Below are positions 1 to 12,200 of a stretch of 64,000 nt of DNA, piece by piece. This DNA comes from Phoronis australis. Its lineage: Eukaryota > Animalia > Phoronida. A program made the translations under genes and the position numbers. The DNA is taken from NCBI GenBank assembly GCA_002633005.1, contig NMRA01000492.1, forward strand, positions 124,001 through 188,000, written 5' to 3'. Under the pieces are notes generated by a model. That model saw only the letters and a program-made list of their open reading frames with translations. It had not been told where the DNA came from and did no database searches. Position 1 is the stretch's first letter, and the number at the start of each line of letters is the position of its first letter.

Positions 1-1
1 T

Positions 2-246
2 GTCAGTTTTCAAGTGAAGGTCACCCCCATGTGGGGTTCTTCAGATTTTTGCTGGCTCCAAAATACTTTTCCTCGAACACTTATTTCTTCATCGTCGCTT
101 TTACAAATTCCCAAATCATGAACATGCGATTCTCAGCTGAAAAGCACCACCTGTTGTCTTTGTCGAAGCGTTTTCGGAAAGTGCAAAAAACACTCATCGA
201 TTCCACCAGGAACGTCGTTTAGCGACAGTGTATGTGCCTCTGCCAT
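2..246 (-). pseudogene. Stop-interrupted coding-like fragment, possibly the N-terminus of a transposon-associated SWIM/YqaJ-type gene
   Basis: caagATGGCA start at 246. The frame reads MAEAHTLSLNDVPGGIDECFLHFPKTLRQRQQVVLFS*ESHVHDLGICKSDDEEISVRGKVFWSQQKSEEPHMGVTFT*. The HVHD...VRGK...S..K.EEPH pattern is recalled from such proteins and was not searched. Confidence 0.3.
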
Positions 247-373
247 CTTGTTTGTTTGTCGGGTGTCACGTAACTTTTCGCAAGGGGCGGAGCTTGCGAT
301 AGGTCATTTGAGGGCGACCGGGGTGTGGTGGAAGTGGTGGCGATAGGAGGGGTCCGAAATTTAGGTTCATAAG

Positions 374-711
374 CAGTGGCGGATTTGGGGGGGCGGGCAA
401 GGGAGCCATGCCCCCCCCCTAAAATTCTCCCAGATACCATTTGGCAGTTCGGGTTGCGAATTGCTGACCGTCAGCAATTCAGTAGTCGGACTAGCACATG
501 CGCGCACCAAGGGGTGCTCGGGGGGGACGAATGTACAATGCATAGGCCTTGAACGAACCACCTTTTACCGTTTTTTTAGTAATAAGGTCCTTAAACCCAA
601 ACATTCGAGACCCCTTCATCCCAACATTTTAGGCTGGGCGAGCGCATGTGGCGAAATCCTGGTTATTCCTGTGCCCTGCCTCCCCAACTCAAAATCCTGG
701 ATCAGCCCCAG
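374..711. mobile_element. Degenerate non-autonomous DNA transposon (MITE, hAT-like CAG ends)
   Basis: Left end CAGTGGCGGATTT, right end AAAATCCTGGATCAGCCCCAG (imperfect inverted pair). ATAAG directly flanks both sides (5-bp TSD). Confidence 0.55.
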
Positions 712-1786
712 ATAAGAATGGGGGACAACATTTTGGCGAAGTCAAATTCCTTCCGGGCCTGGTGTCTGATTAGCAAAGACTACAATCTAAATAAACTAAG
801 GTTTACCTACCTACGTGTAGTCAAACGTTTGAAATTTTTTACACCATGTTTGAGAATTTTGAGCGTGTTTGAAAAGCTCTGAGCCATGTTTCAGTGAAAA
901 ACTTTTCTTAAATGTTTATTACGAAAACTACAATGTACAATAATTGGAGTTACGCCTAGAAAGCGCTAGACACCATTTGCGCCACGTTTTAAATCTTGAT
1001 CCATGTTTGAAAAGCCACTTTTTCTGCTTTTAATCCAAATGATTTAAACTTAGTGATAGCGACGTGCCCATGCAGGAAGTTAAACCATAATGTGTTAACT
1101 CATTGTATAGTTGTTTTCGTAAGACTAAAAGGAAGATTACCACACAATCTGCAACTTGTTTGAATTTTGTGCAGGGACAACGCTGGGAATGGTTCGATAG
1201 TTTGTTTTTGTTGATTATCTTTGGTTTCCTTACATTTACCGACAATCCGAGTTCATGGTATGGCATTAAATCACAATGGGCCGTACGATTTAAAACGATT
1301 CGAGTGCAGAATGGAACCAGTATTGTGCAATTTTTTAGCCTGGTTGTTCTCTTGTAAAACGAACTTAGGCTAAAACATTAGGTTATAGACCCCCATGAGA
1401 TTTTTTTGTATTAATTTACAAATGTGTTTAGAATGGAAATACAATGCTTTCACGGTAAAAAATATGAGACCCATTTTATGAGAGTAATAGAATTACTTTG
1501 ATTATCGTTTTTTGCCATTTCAGCGAATGAAAACCTCACTCCGTTCCAAACTCATTTCAATTCTGTGTTCCCACCGTCCCGTGTTCATTGCAAGGCGAAC
1601 CTACTCATTTCGTTGAACTTACTTCTGGCTGCACTATTGCTGCCAGCCAGCGGCGATAATTGGCTATTTTGTAATAAAATTGCAAACACACAGTGGATTT
1701 CGTTATTTGCTCTAGTTAAATCTAATAACTGCAAGAAGTCTATCCAATCCAGTAATAATCACAGAATGCGGTTTTCGGCCCTGAAA

Positions 1787-2195
1787 CCAGGGCCCGGTCT
1801 CCAATCTTTTTACTCGAAATGGAACTCGAAATTAGGTTTGGCATTTTCTACTCTACTTTTGGGCGAAAACAAGATAAGTGTCTATTATTCTATGCTCGAC
1901 TACACAACAACTTACGTAGATAATTTATTGCCCTTAGTTCACAGTTTGTAAACCCAATATTAAAGCAATAAGTTCGACTTTGAACTCGAAAGTTCGAGTT
2001 TTTACTCGAGTTTGTAACACGAATATAAGGGTCTTCAAGGGCAAACTTGAACTAGAAACTCCTATTCATAAACTATAATGTATTCGAGCACAGTCTGATA
2101 ACCAATTATCTTAAGTTCGCACAAAAGGAGCAGAGAAATTGCCAAACATATTTACGAGTTCGTTTCGAGTACAAAGATTAGAGACGGGGCCCTGG
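1787..2195. mobile_element. Fold-back MITE, PIF/Harbinger-like
   Basis: ~95-nt imperfect inverted arms (CCAGGGCCCGGTCTCCAATCTTTTTACTCGAAA... vs ...TTTCGAGTACAAAGATTAGAGACGGGGCCCTGG), a central palindrome AACTCGAAAGTTCGAGTT, and CAG/CTG (CWG) at the two ends. Confidence 0.75.
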
Positions 2196-2477
2196 TGCAT
2201 ATTCGGCATCATTTATTGAGGATGACATCTATATTCCAGACAGAAATGAATTGAAATAGGTCCTGGCATTAGCGGTGTTGGTGCCATGCACATTATACAA
2301 TATCTTTTCCAACTGAAAGTTTAAAATATGTGTTCCTCGTTTTCAAATACAGTAATTTGGCATGTCAAAACTATTAGTTTTACTCTCCCCCGGATTCTGT
2401 CCGATGAAAGACTCAAAGGTTGAATTTAGGTCACTGTCCGTTAGTACTAGTTTCGCCGGGCAGACGCACCTGTCAGA

Positions 2478-2485
2478 TGACGTCA
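2478..2485. promoter_or_regulatory. CRE/ATF palindrome in putative promoter
   Basis: aTGACGTCAt about 420 nt upstream of the putative first exon. Motif match only. Confidence 0.35.
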
Positions 2486-2894
2486 TCGGTCTGTAGCAGT
2501 GGTCACACCGATGATTCACATCTCATTTTATTGCTTAGTGCACAATTCTTTCTATGACTGACAATAAAACCCATTACATGAACTGACAAGTGGACACTAT
2601 GTGTAAATATATGAACCCCATTAATCGTAGCGTAAGAAGCCCCGCTTACATGAATCATCTTCATTCAAATTAGGTCAAGCAATGTTCACTCATATTGCGG
2701 TTAGTTCCTCCGCTAACCATAAATAGTGCTAAATGATTTATAAGTTTATATAATTAAGCATCTTTGCACATGTTTTCTATACTCTTTTAATGATCAATTA
2801 ATATTCCAGTACAACATGAAACAACTAAATACTCAAAAAATGCATGAACAGTGCAGAACGTGAAGACCGTGTAGTAATCTAGAAATCATAGTAC

Positions 2895-2981
2895 TTCGGT
2901 TCCGGTGTTCGGTTTTCGCGACAGTTATTTCGGATTTGGAGGTGAATTGCTCTGTTTACAGATAGCTTGTCTGAAATAAAG
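2895..2981 (+). other. Putative non-coding first exon (5' end approximate)
   Basis: CpG-containing stretch with an ETS-like TTCCGGT, no ATG, ending in a good donor AAG|GTATGG at 2982. Confidence 0.5.
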
Positions 2982-5635
2982 GTATGGTATTATCACATTG
3001 CTTGCTGTGTTAGCTTTCCGATTTCTTTTGACGATTCTTACCGGTTAATTGCAAATGAGGAAGCCTCAAGAGAATAAGTTTAGGTCTCGCCTTTTTCGTA
3101 ATTATGTGTTTTCCGCCATGATGATGGTTGTCCTCAGATTTTAATTTACCGGTAATTTCAAATTTGCCGGTCTTCTCACGCATATATTGGCACTGACTGT
3201 CCAGGTCGGCAAATAAAGTTTCATAATCTTGTGGTTTCGCTGATGAACTACTGTTTCGTAAAACTTTAGATCATTAAAATTTAACACTTTAGCTGTGCCT
3301 AGCTACTCGGAATCTCAAACAAATGTCACTGAAACGGGGGTGTAGCTTAAGTTTGGGCGTTGAAACAGCAGTATTTTGTGTCTTACATTCACGCATTGTA
3401 CCGTCTCTGGTATTGCCTGACCCATGGACTGTGGTGCTTCAGAGCATCAAGTTTATCGCCAAGGAGCATCCGGATTTGTCAAATGAAATATTCCTATTTT
3501 TGGCAGTGACAGTTTACCCAACAAGGCAGCCAAATGAGCCTAATTTTGCTATTCACCTGACAAACATTTCATTGTCAGTGGTCTCATAAGGTCAAGATAT
3601 ACATGTGGCGTCACAACCATATCGAACACGAAAGATGATTTTTGCTATTCACCTCGCAAACTTTTCAACAAGAATAGCTGATCACTTCTTAAGTACCATC
3701 GATCGTTCTTTGGTTTTGTCAAAAGTTAATTGGTTTATTTTTTGTGCCACAGTAACCGATCATACAAATTTATACATTTGTCTTATGACTTAAATTTAAA
3801 AAGTGTAGCTTTCGATAAACTCTTCAAAAATACTGGTAAATAGTATCAAAAATCTGCTGGTTATTTGAGACAACTGGGTGGATGAACCAAGACTCGGCAT
3901 TAACTTTTTGACTAGTTTATTTGGCCAATGTTACTTTCATTCTACTCAACTAACACCAAAATGAGCTAACTCCAAAAATTTAACCCAATGGCAAATGAAC
4001 ATTCCAACATGTTTTTTGACAGGCACTTCAAAACATCAACCCATCTTTAACATCAGCCATTGAACAATTGCCAGCCACTTGGGCACAAAAATCTCCTTTC
4101 TGTGAGTTGAATTCAATCACCTTGTTATGTGTTGCACTTTCTGAAATGTATGACTGTATGATCTTTAACTCACGTCTCTTGTTAACTCAAAAACAGTTCC
4201 GGGTGCAGCGCTTACTGATACAATGAATGTCAGTGTAGTAATTGGAGATGTGCATTTGAAAACGTCAAAAAATTTACGGAAGTTATTGTAAGGTTTTGTA
4301 CGATCCTTGAAAGATGTCAAAATTTGGCTGAATTCGGAACATCACATCTCAGAAATTGCTGATAGTATTCTTATGAAAATTTCAAATATTATGCCTTATG
4401 CACTCCAAAAAGGTGTTGGGAACTGTTTTTAAAGTGTCACACTTGCGCATGAGGGGCTATTAAAAATCTGACTTTTATTATTTGATTTTTATGCAAAATG
4501 TCAAAAGTTTCATAAAAGGATAACCAGTTTATTTTCCTATTTAGAAAAGTTGTGACTAATTTCAACATTGAAGTTGCGTGGTAAATGGCAGAAAATTGAT
4601 TATTTTAATTTGCAAACATACTATTCTAACTTTTTAAACTTGAACAAAAATAAAGCCAAGAAAAAGGCTTTTTACAAGTCTGCATTCATTTCGGCGAAGC
4701 GCTATGCTGCAAAATTGACAAAAGTCAGCGAATTTTGCTACTTACCAAGTGTGCTTAATTTGAACCAGGCAGAATGATTCAGCAGTCAGTTTCTAATCTT
4801 ACTGCAAAATGTCATCCTGCAGAACATTCTTGTTTACTGGTTGTCATTTTGTGTTGATGCTTCCTAACCTGTTATTCAGTTGTGGTCTGGTTGTTGTGGT
4901 TTGGCAATCCCTCAATCTGGTCTGCCTCTCATTCAGAGTAGCTGTTATTTTTTCTTCTGACTGGGCTGTTAACAAGAGCTGTCTGTGTGGCACTGAGATA
5001 TCAGAAACTTTCAGCTTTTATTTCTAACATAATTTGTTTCACTCCACCACCGCTCTTGAATGGGACCCCAAGAGTGCAGTTGACTAAACCTCAGAATCCA
5101 CTAATTTGACTTGTGTTATGAGAGCTACAAGTTTTGAGAAAATTTTCGGGTTTGAATCGGGTTTTCCTGTACCCTCAGTTCTCGGGATTTGAGCCACGAG
5201 AAGTGCGCAAAACTTGATTTGCATTATTTTGATTCCATGTTGTGAATTTGTTCTAGTTTATCTTTGGAAGCTTCATGAAAGACCATGACGTACACATTTT
5301 GTTTTCAAACTGAGTTCAGATACATGGATTATGAATTAGAATTGTCGTACATATGCATATTATTTAGACCTGATCGCTAAAGAATGAAGGATTGATGCAA
5401 AATTGACTCTTAGAATACGACCTTGACATTACATACACTCGGTAAATGCTGATACTGAACTGTCAAGTTTTGTCACCCTAGTAAATACTGTGTTTAGAGG
5501 TAATGTTCTTGGACCTACGTATCTTGTAGCTGATTGGTCAGAATATTTTCTGCGAGTATGATGGATTTAACTTGCGAATCACAGGTTCCTTACCAACTTA
5601 AATCGAAAATTGTGTACGGTGTTATCCGGAATATT

Positions 5636-5755
5636 AGGTCATAGCCTCATAGTAGAGTATAGCCTAATATTCAATGTAAGGTCATAGCCTCAGAATGGAG
5701 TATAGCCTAATACTCAGTATAAGGTCATAGCTTCATTGTAGAGTATAGCCCAATG
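5636..5755. repeat. ~43-bp tandem repeat, ~3 copies
   Basis: Unit AGGTCATAGCCTCATAGTAGAGTATAGCCTAATATTCAATGTA. Confidence 0.85.
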
Positions 5756-6650
5756 TGAGACTATGTTCTTATCCCAAACAATACAGTGGAAGTGTCTCTG
5801 AGCTTCCTGTGATAACTTCATTGAGTCATCACTTGGTACTGTCATGGGTGTTTATTGGCTGATGTTTGGAGATTGAGCTCATCATCTTGTCGGGGGCTGT
5901 GGTTTTCCTCAAGTTTCACTTTCCACTCACTAGAAATTGGGAGACTTGTTTATTTACCTTGCAGTCTGTAATCAACCTGGAGTCTGAATTCAATGTCTGC
6001 TTGAAAGTTGGAAGACATGAGGAATCTGTCAAAGGTTTTGTTTATTGGGCTACAGTGGCCTGTCTAGTCTAGGTTTGCACTTGATGTCCCCCCTTCCCCC
6101 CAGATTCGAGCTACAAATTTGAGTGAAAATTGTAAAAACTGGAAATTTTCAGTTCGGACTCAAACTTTTAGTGTTAATGCAGGTGCAAAATAGGATTAGA
6201 CATTATAGCTATTGTGTTCTCCAGCACAGAGTTATAGACAGTTGTCTTGACCTTTCGCAAAAGTAGAATACTGTAGAAAATGTGAAAAGTAATCTGTGTT
6301 CAATTTAGAGAAAAAGACTGGCCCTGGTTATGAGATGTTGCCTTGGGGAATTTTTTGGGCATCATGAGGTAACTGGCAGTTCTTGCATCTTGGCGTGCAA
6401 GTTACAGCAACTCTCGACTCTTGAAAGTTGTATGGACCCTTTGTAAGTTGCAACAGCATGTTCAAACTAGGCGACGGATCGTCGCTTCACGGCTGCGTGT
6501 CGTTTTTTTGAGGATGAGTGAGATTGAGCATTGGATGTTGTAAAAAGCTGATGTGGTTTGATATGATGGTCAAATACAGGTTGATGTATTTTTTATTTCA
6601 TCAGGAATGATAAGAAATTTTCACAAGTCTGCTCACAACTTGTAGTACTA

Positions 6651-6809
6651 CCGTAATCGTTCGGGTTAACGCCCATGCTCAGTTAACCGCCCATCCCCTA
6701 CTTTAGGTGGATTTTCGATTTAACCGCCCACTGCTCGGTTAACCGCCCTCCCCCGATTTTTTGGATTCGCCAATTTAACCGCCCAGGGCGTTAACCCGAA
6801 TGATTACGG
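6651..6809. mobile_element. Tc1/mariner-type MITE
   Basis: 24-bp TIR CCGTAATC(G/A)TTCGGGTTAACGCCC with one mismatch, TA on both flanks, and four internal TTAACCGCCC direct repeats. Confidence 0.85.
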
Positions 6810-6823
6810 TAATACCGCTCTTA

Positions 6824-6902
6824 CAGGGGTCGTGCAGTTTGAGAATCAGTTTCTTCGCTGATTAACGGGCATCAAACTGGTTTTTAAAATCTGGGACCCC
6901 TG
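6824..6902. mobile_element. Very short Tc1/mariner-type MITE
   Basis: TA-CAGGGGTC...GACCCCTG-TA with ~30-bp imperfect inverted arms. Confidence 0.6.
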
Positions 6903-9178
6903 TAAGTGACTTGAGGTATAGATGGGTGTTGCTATTTAGAAGTAATTGATTCTAATTAATATACAAAATAACTGCTTTGAAAAAATATATGTCAGAGTCC
7001 TGGTGGTCAAAGAGTTTCTCAAAGTTTCCGTTCTCTCTACTTACAGTAATTCTGCACATTCACAAGACAATGATTATTAAAATTGTCATTTTCTAGTTTT
7101 TCAAAGTGTTTTTACCCTGTTGTGAATACTTGGAACTTTACCAAGTGTTGTTTTGTCATATCTACAGCACTTACCTGGTAAGATAGGAAAATTTCATAAG
7201 CGCTCATTTTTGTTGAGAAATTGGGCGGAATAAATTTTCAGTGTGACCTTTGCTAAATCTTACTGCTCTCAGTGCCTTTGCAACCTCCAGGCTTGGTTTC
7301 CTCAAAACCAGATCAGTTTGTGTTCAGTTGTAAAGTCATTAAGTCCACCAGCATTGTGTCATTGTTTGTTGGATCAATAGGGAGCCTTGGTGTGATTAGA
7401 CTAGTTGTGTAATGTTACACTTGATTATGTAACTCAACCTCAGGTATGTAGGGGATTGTGTTGGAATGATCTTCTGGGTGAAAACATGTAGAGTCATGGA
7501 CTCATTGAGGTTTAGGAGTTAGTTTATTCATTTTGGTTGTGGGGAAAATAATTTTTGTTGGAATTTTACAGTGACATTAACAGTTTCAACAATTATATAG
7601 ACAGACTATTGACCTTTATTTTGAAGTTTATTTTAAAATCCGGGCTGTGGCTCCATGCTATAGTTGCATCTGTGACCTTGTCCATTGAGAAATCGGGAAA
7701 ATCCATTTGGAAGCTCTGTTTTTGAAACTCTGGATGAATCCCTTATTTGCGTTTCTTGTCCATTACACAGCTTATTGGGAAATTGTCACCTGTTTAACAG
7801 GTGTTGGGAGCAAAAAATACAATTTCCTGAGTGTTGACCTTTCTCATTTCATTCTTTTAAAAGCATTTGTGGCAGTCAAATGCTCAATCACTGATGTTTC
7901 AAAAGCATAGTCTGTGTCTCGGATGATCTGAGTGGTATAAGTACGGACAGGTTGCATCAAGCTCGCCTTGCCTTGTTAAAAGAAATGACGTTACAAGGCT
8001 GACTCATGAGTGGGCCATATGACAGAAAATGTCGCCAAACTCTATCTTCTAGCCTTACTGAATGTGTCCATGATCTCACAACATTTGTGACCGTTACTTC
8101 AAGCTGTCAGACATTCATGAATATCGCTCTGCTCTTATCAATGCAATATAGTTGACATAATAAAGTTCTCCATGACTGTCCTAGTCCTAGATACATAATG
8201 GATACACCTGGTAGCTTTGTGTTATCACCATGTAATGGTGGGTTTGTTTACCTCACACATGTGCTTGTCACTGGTGGTACTTGTATGTTGGCCTGTGTCA
8301 ATGACTCCTAGGCCTGCTTCCTGTGCCGTGAGATTATGCTGGCAGTTGAAGGTTGCACTGTTCATTGCCCAATCTGGATTGGGGAAAGGGAGTGGGAAGT
8401 AAGTATGTAGTGGTATTGATCGTGCTTCTTAAAGAATGGGTGTCAGTCAAGAGAGGCTTGTCGGCATGAGTTAGGTAAAATTCATATTTAATCCCCATTC
8501 TACGCTGTCTTGGACACCGTATGCATTGTATTTGTTCGTGCTTTGGGAACCTTTTGTTTCGGTTTTTAATATATTAGCATTCCTAATCAGATAAAAAAAT
8601 CGTGGACCTGTTGGAGCTCATTGATTTCTACAACAGAAAGGTTCAGTGCCAACATTGACTTATTGGAGTTGGGAAGTTTACGATTTTGGCTTGACCTAAT
8701 TAGTGCTATGTGGTGCTGTAAAGTGACGATACACTGTTATCAAGCATTCTGTCTGATTGCTTCCATTTCTGCCTTCTTACTTTAGGGCTACATTTCAGTA
8801 ACAAAACTTAAGGTTAGGCTCCATTTGCTCTTGTTGATCGCGTGTAGTTGGCCAAAATTCTAATATTTGGCTCACAACTGTCATGCTAAACGTGCGCATC
8901 AAATGCTTTTGTTTGAAGATGGTTGACAGGATGCTTTCATGACTGCCCGTTCTAAATGGCTGATCTGCGAGCCGGTTCAGATCACTTGTTGTATTTGCTT
9001 TCTGTTAAAAATCAGCGAATATCTTCTACAGTTTCCATGTTAAAGTCTTGCCAATGTTTAGGTCCTACCCCTCCACTCTGCGTGTGGTTAAATGTGTCCA
9101 TGTGTGAATTCCAAAATCTTGTTCCCTGTCACGTACACGTTTCCTGTCTAACCATGTCAGTTTTTACAGTCTAGGTAG

Positions 9179-9235
9179 ATGGCGGATGAGGCGCGCACTC
9201 CTCTGGCAGATGAGGACCAGCCAGACATGGCACAC
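9179..9235 (+). CDS. EPB41: 4.1 gene first coding exon, [19 protein letters not shown]
   Basis: Acceptor tttttacag (9169) or ctag (9174), ATG at 9179, strong donor CAC|GTAAGC. Phase 0 matches the exon at 29217. Confidence 0.7.
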
Positions 9236-12200
9236 GTAAGCAAGCTTGCCCTCACTTCTCATCCAGTCAATGTTTTGTGTCTTCACGAATGTGCTACTAT
9301 GTAACCTCTTAACATCTCTTCAAATTCTCGTCATGTCGTGCATGGCTACCTGGACAGGGTATATATCTATCGGGCCACGAGACCACCAGTAGTTGCTCGA
9401 GACTTTGCTGAAAATTAACTTGTAATGAATCTCCATGGTTTGCTTCCATATTTCAAGCATTGTGAATGGTTAAATTTTGATGTTGAGTCTCGAGCAATCA
9501 TTGGCCCAGGAAAAGCAAACTTGTTTTCCTTTTCCCGTTGATGAATGATTTTCTCTCGATACCGCAAGAACCAGCATACTTTGTGGTGACAACATAAATT
9601 TGAAGTTAAGTTCACTTAAGAAATGTGGCAATATTTGAGAGTTTTCGGCTGGTATATTCTAAAAGTGTTATGGTTGCACCGCTCTTGCCAGAACTGTTCA
9701 GGTAGCCTGTGCGTAATTCTCTAATGTCCTTTGTAGTTGGCGAGAGTCTTCTCTTTGCCTGCTTTGACTGTTGTAGGTGATTACCCTCTCCAGAGTGAAG
9801 CTAACCTGTCACTTTCGGTGTTCTCCACAACCCAAACCTTAGTCCTGTCTGATATGTCAACAAACATGCCTGCACTATCTTAAGTGCACATTTACCCGCC
9901 TCGATAGTGGGTGCACCCAAATAATAATCGGCAATTCAGAAAACCAAAACTTGTTCAACTTCTAGTTAAAAACTGATGGCAACCTATTTTATGATTAGAT
10001 AACCTTTTTTGTTTACAAACTGTTCTCCGGAAAACTCAAATGTGTTGGCACTTTTCAAACGTCTTGCGAGTGTCAGCAAACGGGTCGTGTCAACACCAGG
10101 CATTGGCGACATGTTACCGTTAAACAGGTCGTGGAGAACAATGTATCTTGTCTTGATATTCACAAGTAGTGCCAAGTGCTATAGTTGTCTTGCATCACAC
10201 CTCTTATGCTTTATACGTTACAACGCCTGCGCTTCAGTACTTTGCATTGTGGAACCAGGTTCTTCGCCCGCCTATATCCTGCACAGTATCGGAGATTTCC
10301 CTGCTGTGTTTTGGCGACCTTTGTCAGGTGATTGTATTCATTCTTCATTCCATGGCTCTTTGGTCTAGGGACTAGTTTGCATATTGTCCTATTACGCTGT
10401 TGCTGCACAGTACTATCTTCAGGGGTTTTGTCTTCGAGAGTAACGTATGCACGACGCATGCCAGTGCTAGGTGCACTCCTGTGGAGTAGTAGACTGGTAT
10501 TATAAGTGTCAGGCAAAGGTTCATCTAGCGTTGTTGGACGCGGGCAGCCATATCTGGACACCTATGTTTTTTCCAAATCATGAATTTTACCTCACTTTTG
10601 TATCATCTTAATTTCAAAGTCTTGTTTTGTACCATTATAAAAAATAACCAGACTGTTTCCATTCCTGAATTGAAGCTCTGACAACGTGTGTAGTTTGTGC
10701 CTGTAGTTAGCGTAGTAGCTCTGAGGAAAATCAATAAGATAATACACCTGTCCTGCAGATAGCGTTACAGTTAAGAGATGTATTTAACATTCTTGTGCGC
10801 TACTACAGATGGAAAATCCATAATTAAGGACAGTCTCCGAAATATGGAACGTGACAATTTTCAGGCAAAGGTAAAATTCATAGTTTGCTGAATTAGACGG
10901 CAGAGCATTTCCCTCTTAAAATATTTTAGTTACGGTAGTGTTATTTGGGCAATGCTAATTTGCTTCTTTGAAGTAATCGATTCCCTTTAGGTGTGTGTAG
11001 TTTATAAATCACTTTTTTGAAATAACACATTTCGTTATTCATCTTGTGGTTATTACTGCCTTTCATTTTCTTCATTTGAAAATACATAACGGACCATTTT
11101 GTTCACAGGAAGATATAGAACCATAGTACATAGTACAGTACACAACCAAAAGTATTCAGACAAAATTACCTAGAATTACCTATCACGTTGCCTCGGTAGA
11201 ACCGAATGCGTTGTTCATGTCGCCATCCTTCATGACCGCGAACAAAGGGTACTTTAAAGGAATGTTGGTAATGTCATAGCTAAACTATTCTGTAATTAGA
11301 ACTTTTGCCACCATAGCAGTCATTGCTCATCATTTTTGTTGTTAACAAAACTAGCCATCATGACAGGGGAACTGATATGTTGTCTGATTACTTATATCTT
11401 TGTATACCTGGAAATGTTAAACAAGTTTACCTTTGTACTGTTATTTACTTGGCCGATTACTGCAGTGTACTGAACTTGAATTGAGTTTGATGGTCAGTTA
11501 GCAGCAGACATTTGGTTACTCAATAGTTGCTTATGTCTGGAAAATAACATGTCTCCTTGTGTGTACACTGTATAGAACTGCACCAGCACAATGCCTGGCT
11601 TGTTAGCTTGGTGATTTGGAAGATCTAAGCATTTCTGGACCTCCAGCCTGGTGGAAGCCGGGTTATCTCGGGTTTGTTGCCTTACCTTAAAAATTCCCAA
11701 ATTTAGGACATTCTCCCGAATTTAAGACATTGTCATTGTGTTACTTCTAAATCTATGATGTCGCAAGGTGGACAACTCCGATTTTGAAAGAAATTATTTG
11801 CGTAATCCCTAAAAACGTTGCCATGGTTTTTTGTTCTTTTCTGTAGATGGAATGAAACCTCCTGGCAACTCCTAAGTTCAGCTTCACCGAGGACTCATTC
11901 ATTCACTTCCTATCACATTTTTTATCTTTTGGTTGTATTCATATACAGTACAGCGTTCTTTCAACAGTTGCCTTTGCTATGTAGTTGCATGCTGTTTGTT
12001 TGCTGCAGTGGCTGATAATGGGAATTAGCCGACACAAAAGTGTATTGAATTCGTAGCCAATTCAATACTGTGAGAAAAATGCCTTGCTGTTGGCCAGCAA
12101 ATAACGGCCTTTTGAGAGCTGGATTGATTTTTATTCTCAGACTCAAGATATGACTCATCCAAGCACAGGCTTTTGATAAGTTGGGAGGGAACGCTGCTGG

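Noticed and set aside
133-135. In-frame TGA as selenocysteine
   Set aside because: No selenoprotein-like context, a second stop follows, and no SECIS could be identified.
151-246. PEX1-like first exon (ECFLHFP resembles the DCFLHLP recalled from PEX1)
   Set aside because: Only a short motif match with a weak donor, so it is not enough to name a gene.
11829-11880. Strong acceptor-like tract ttttctgtag|ATG
   Set aside because: The phase-0 frame stops at once (ATG GAA TGA) and no suitable donor was found.
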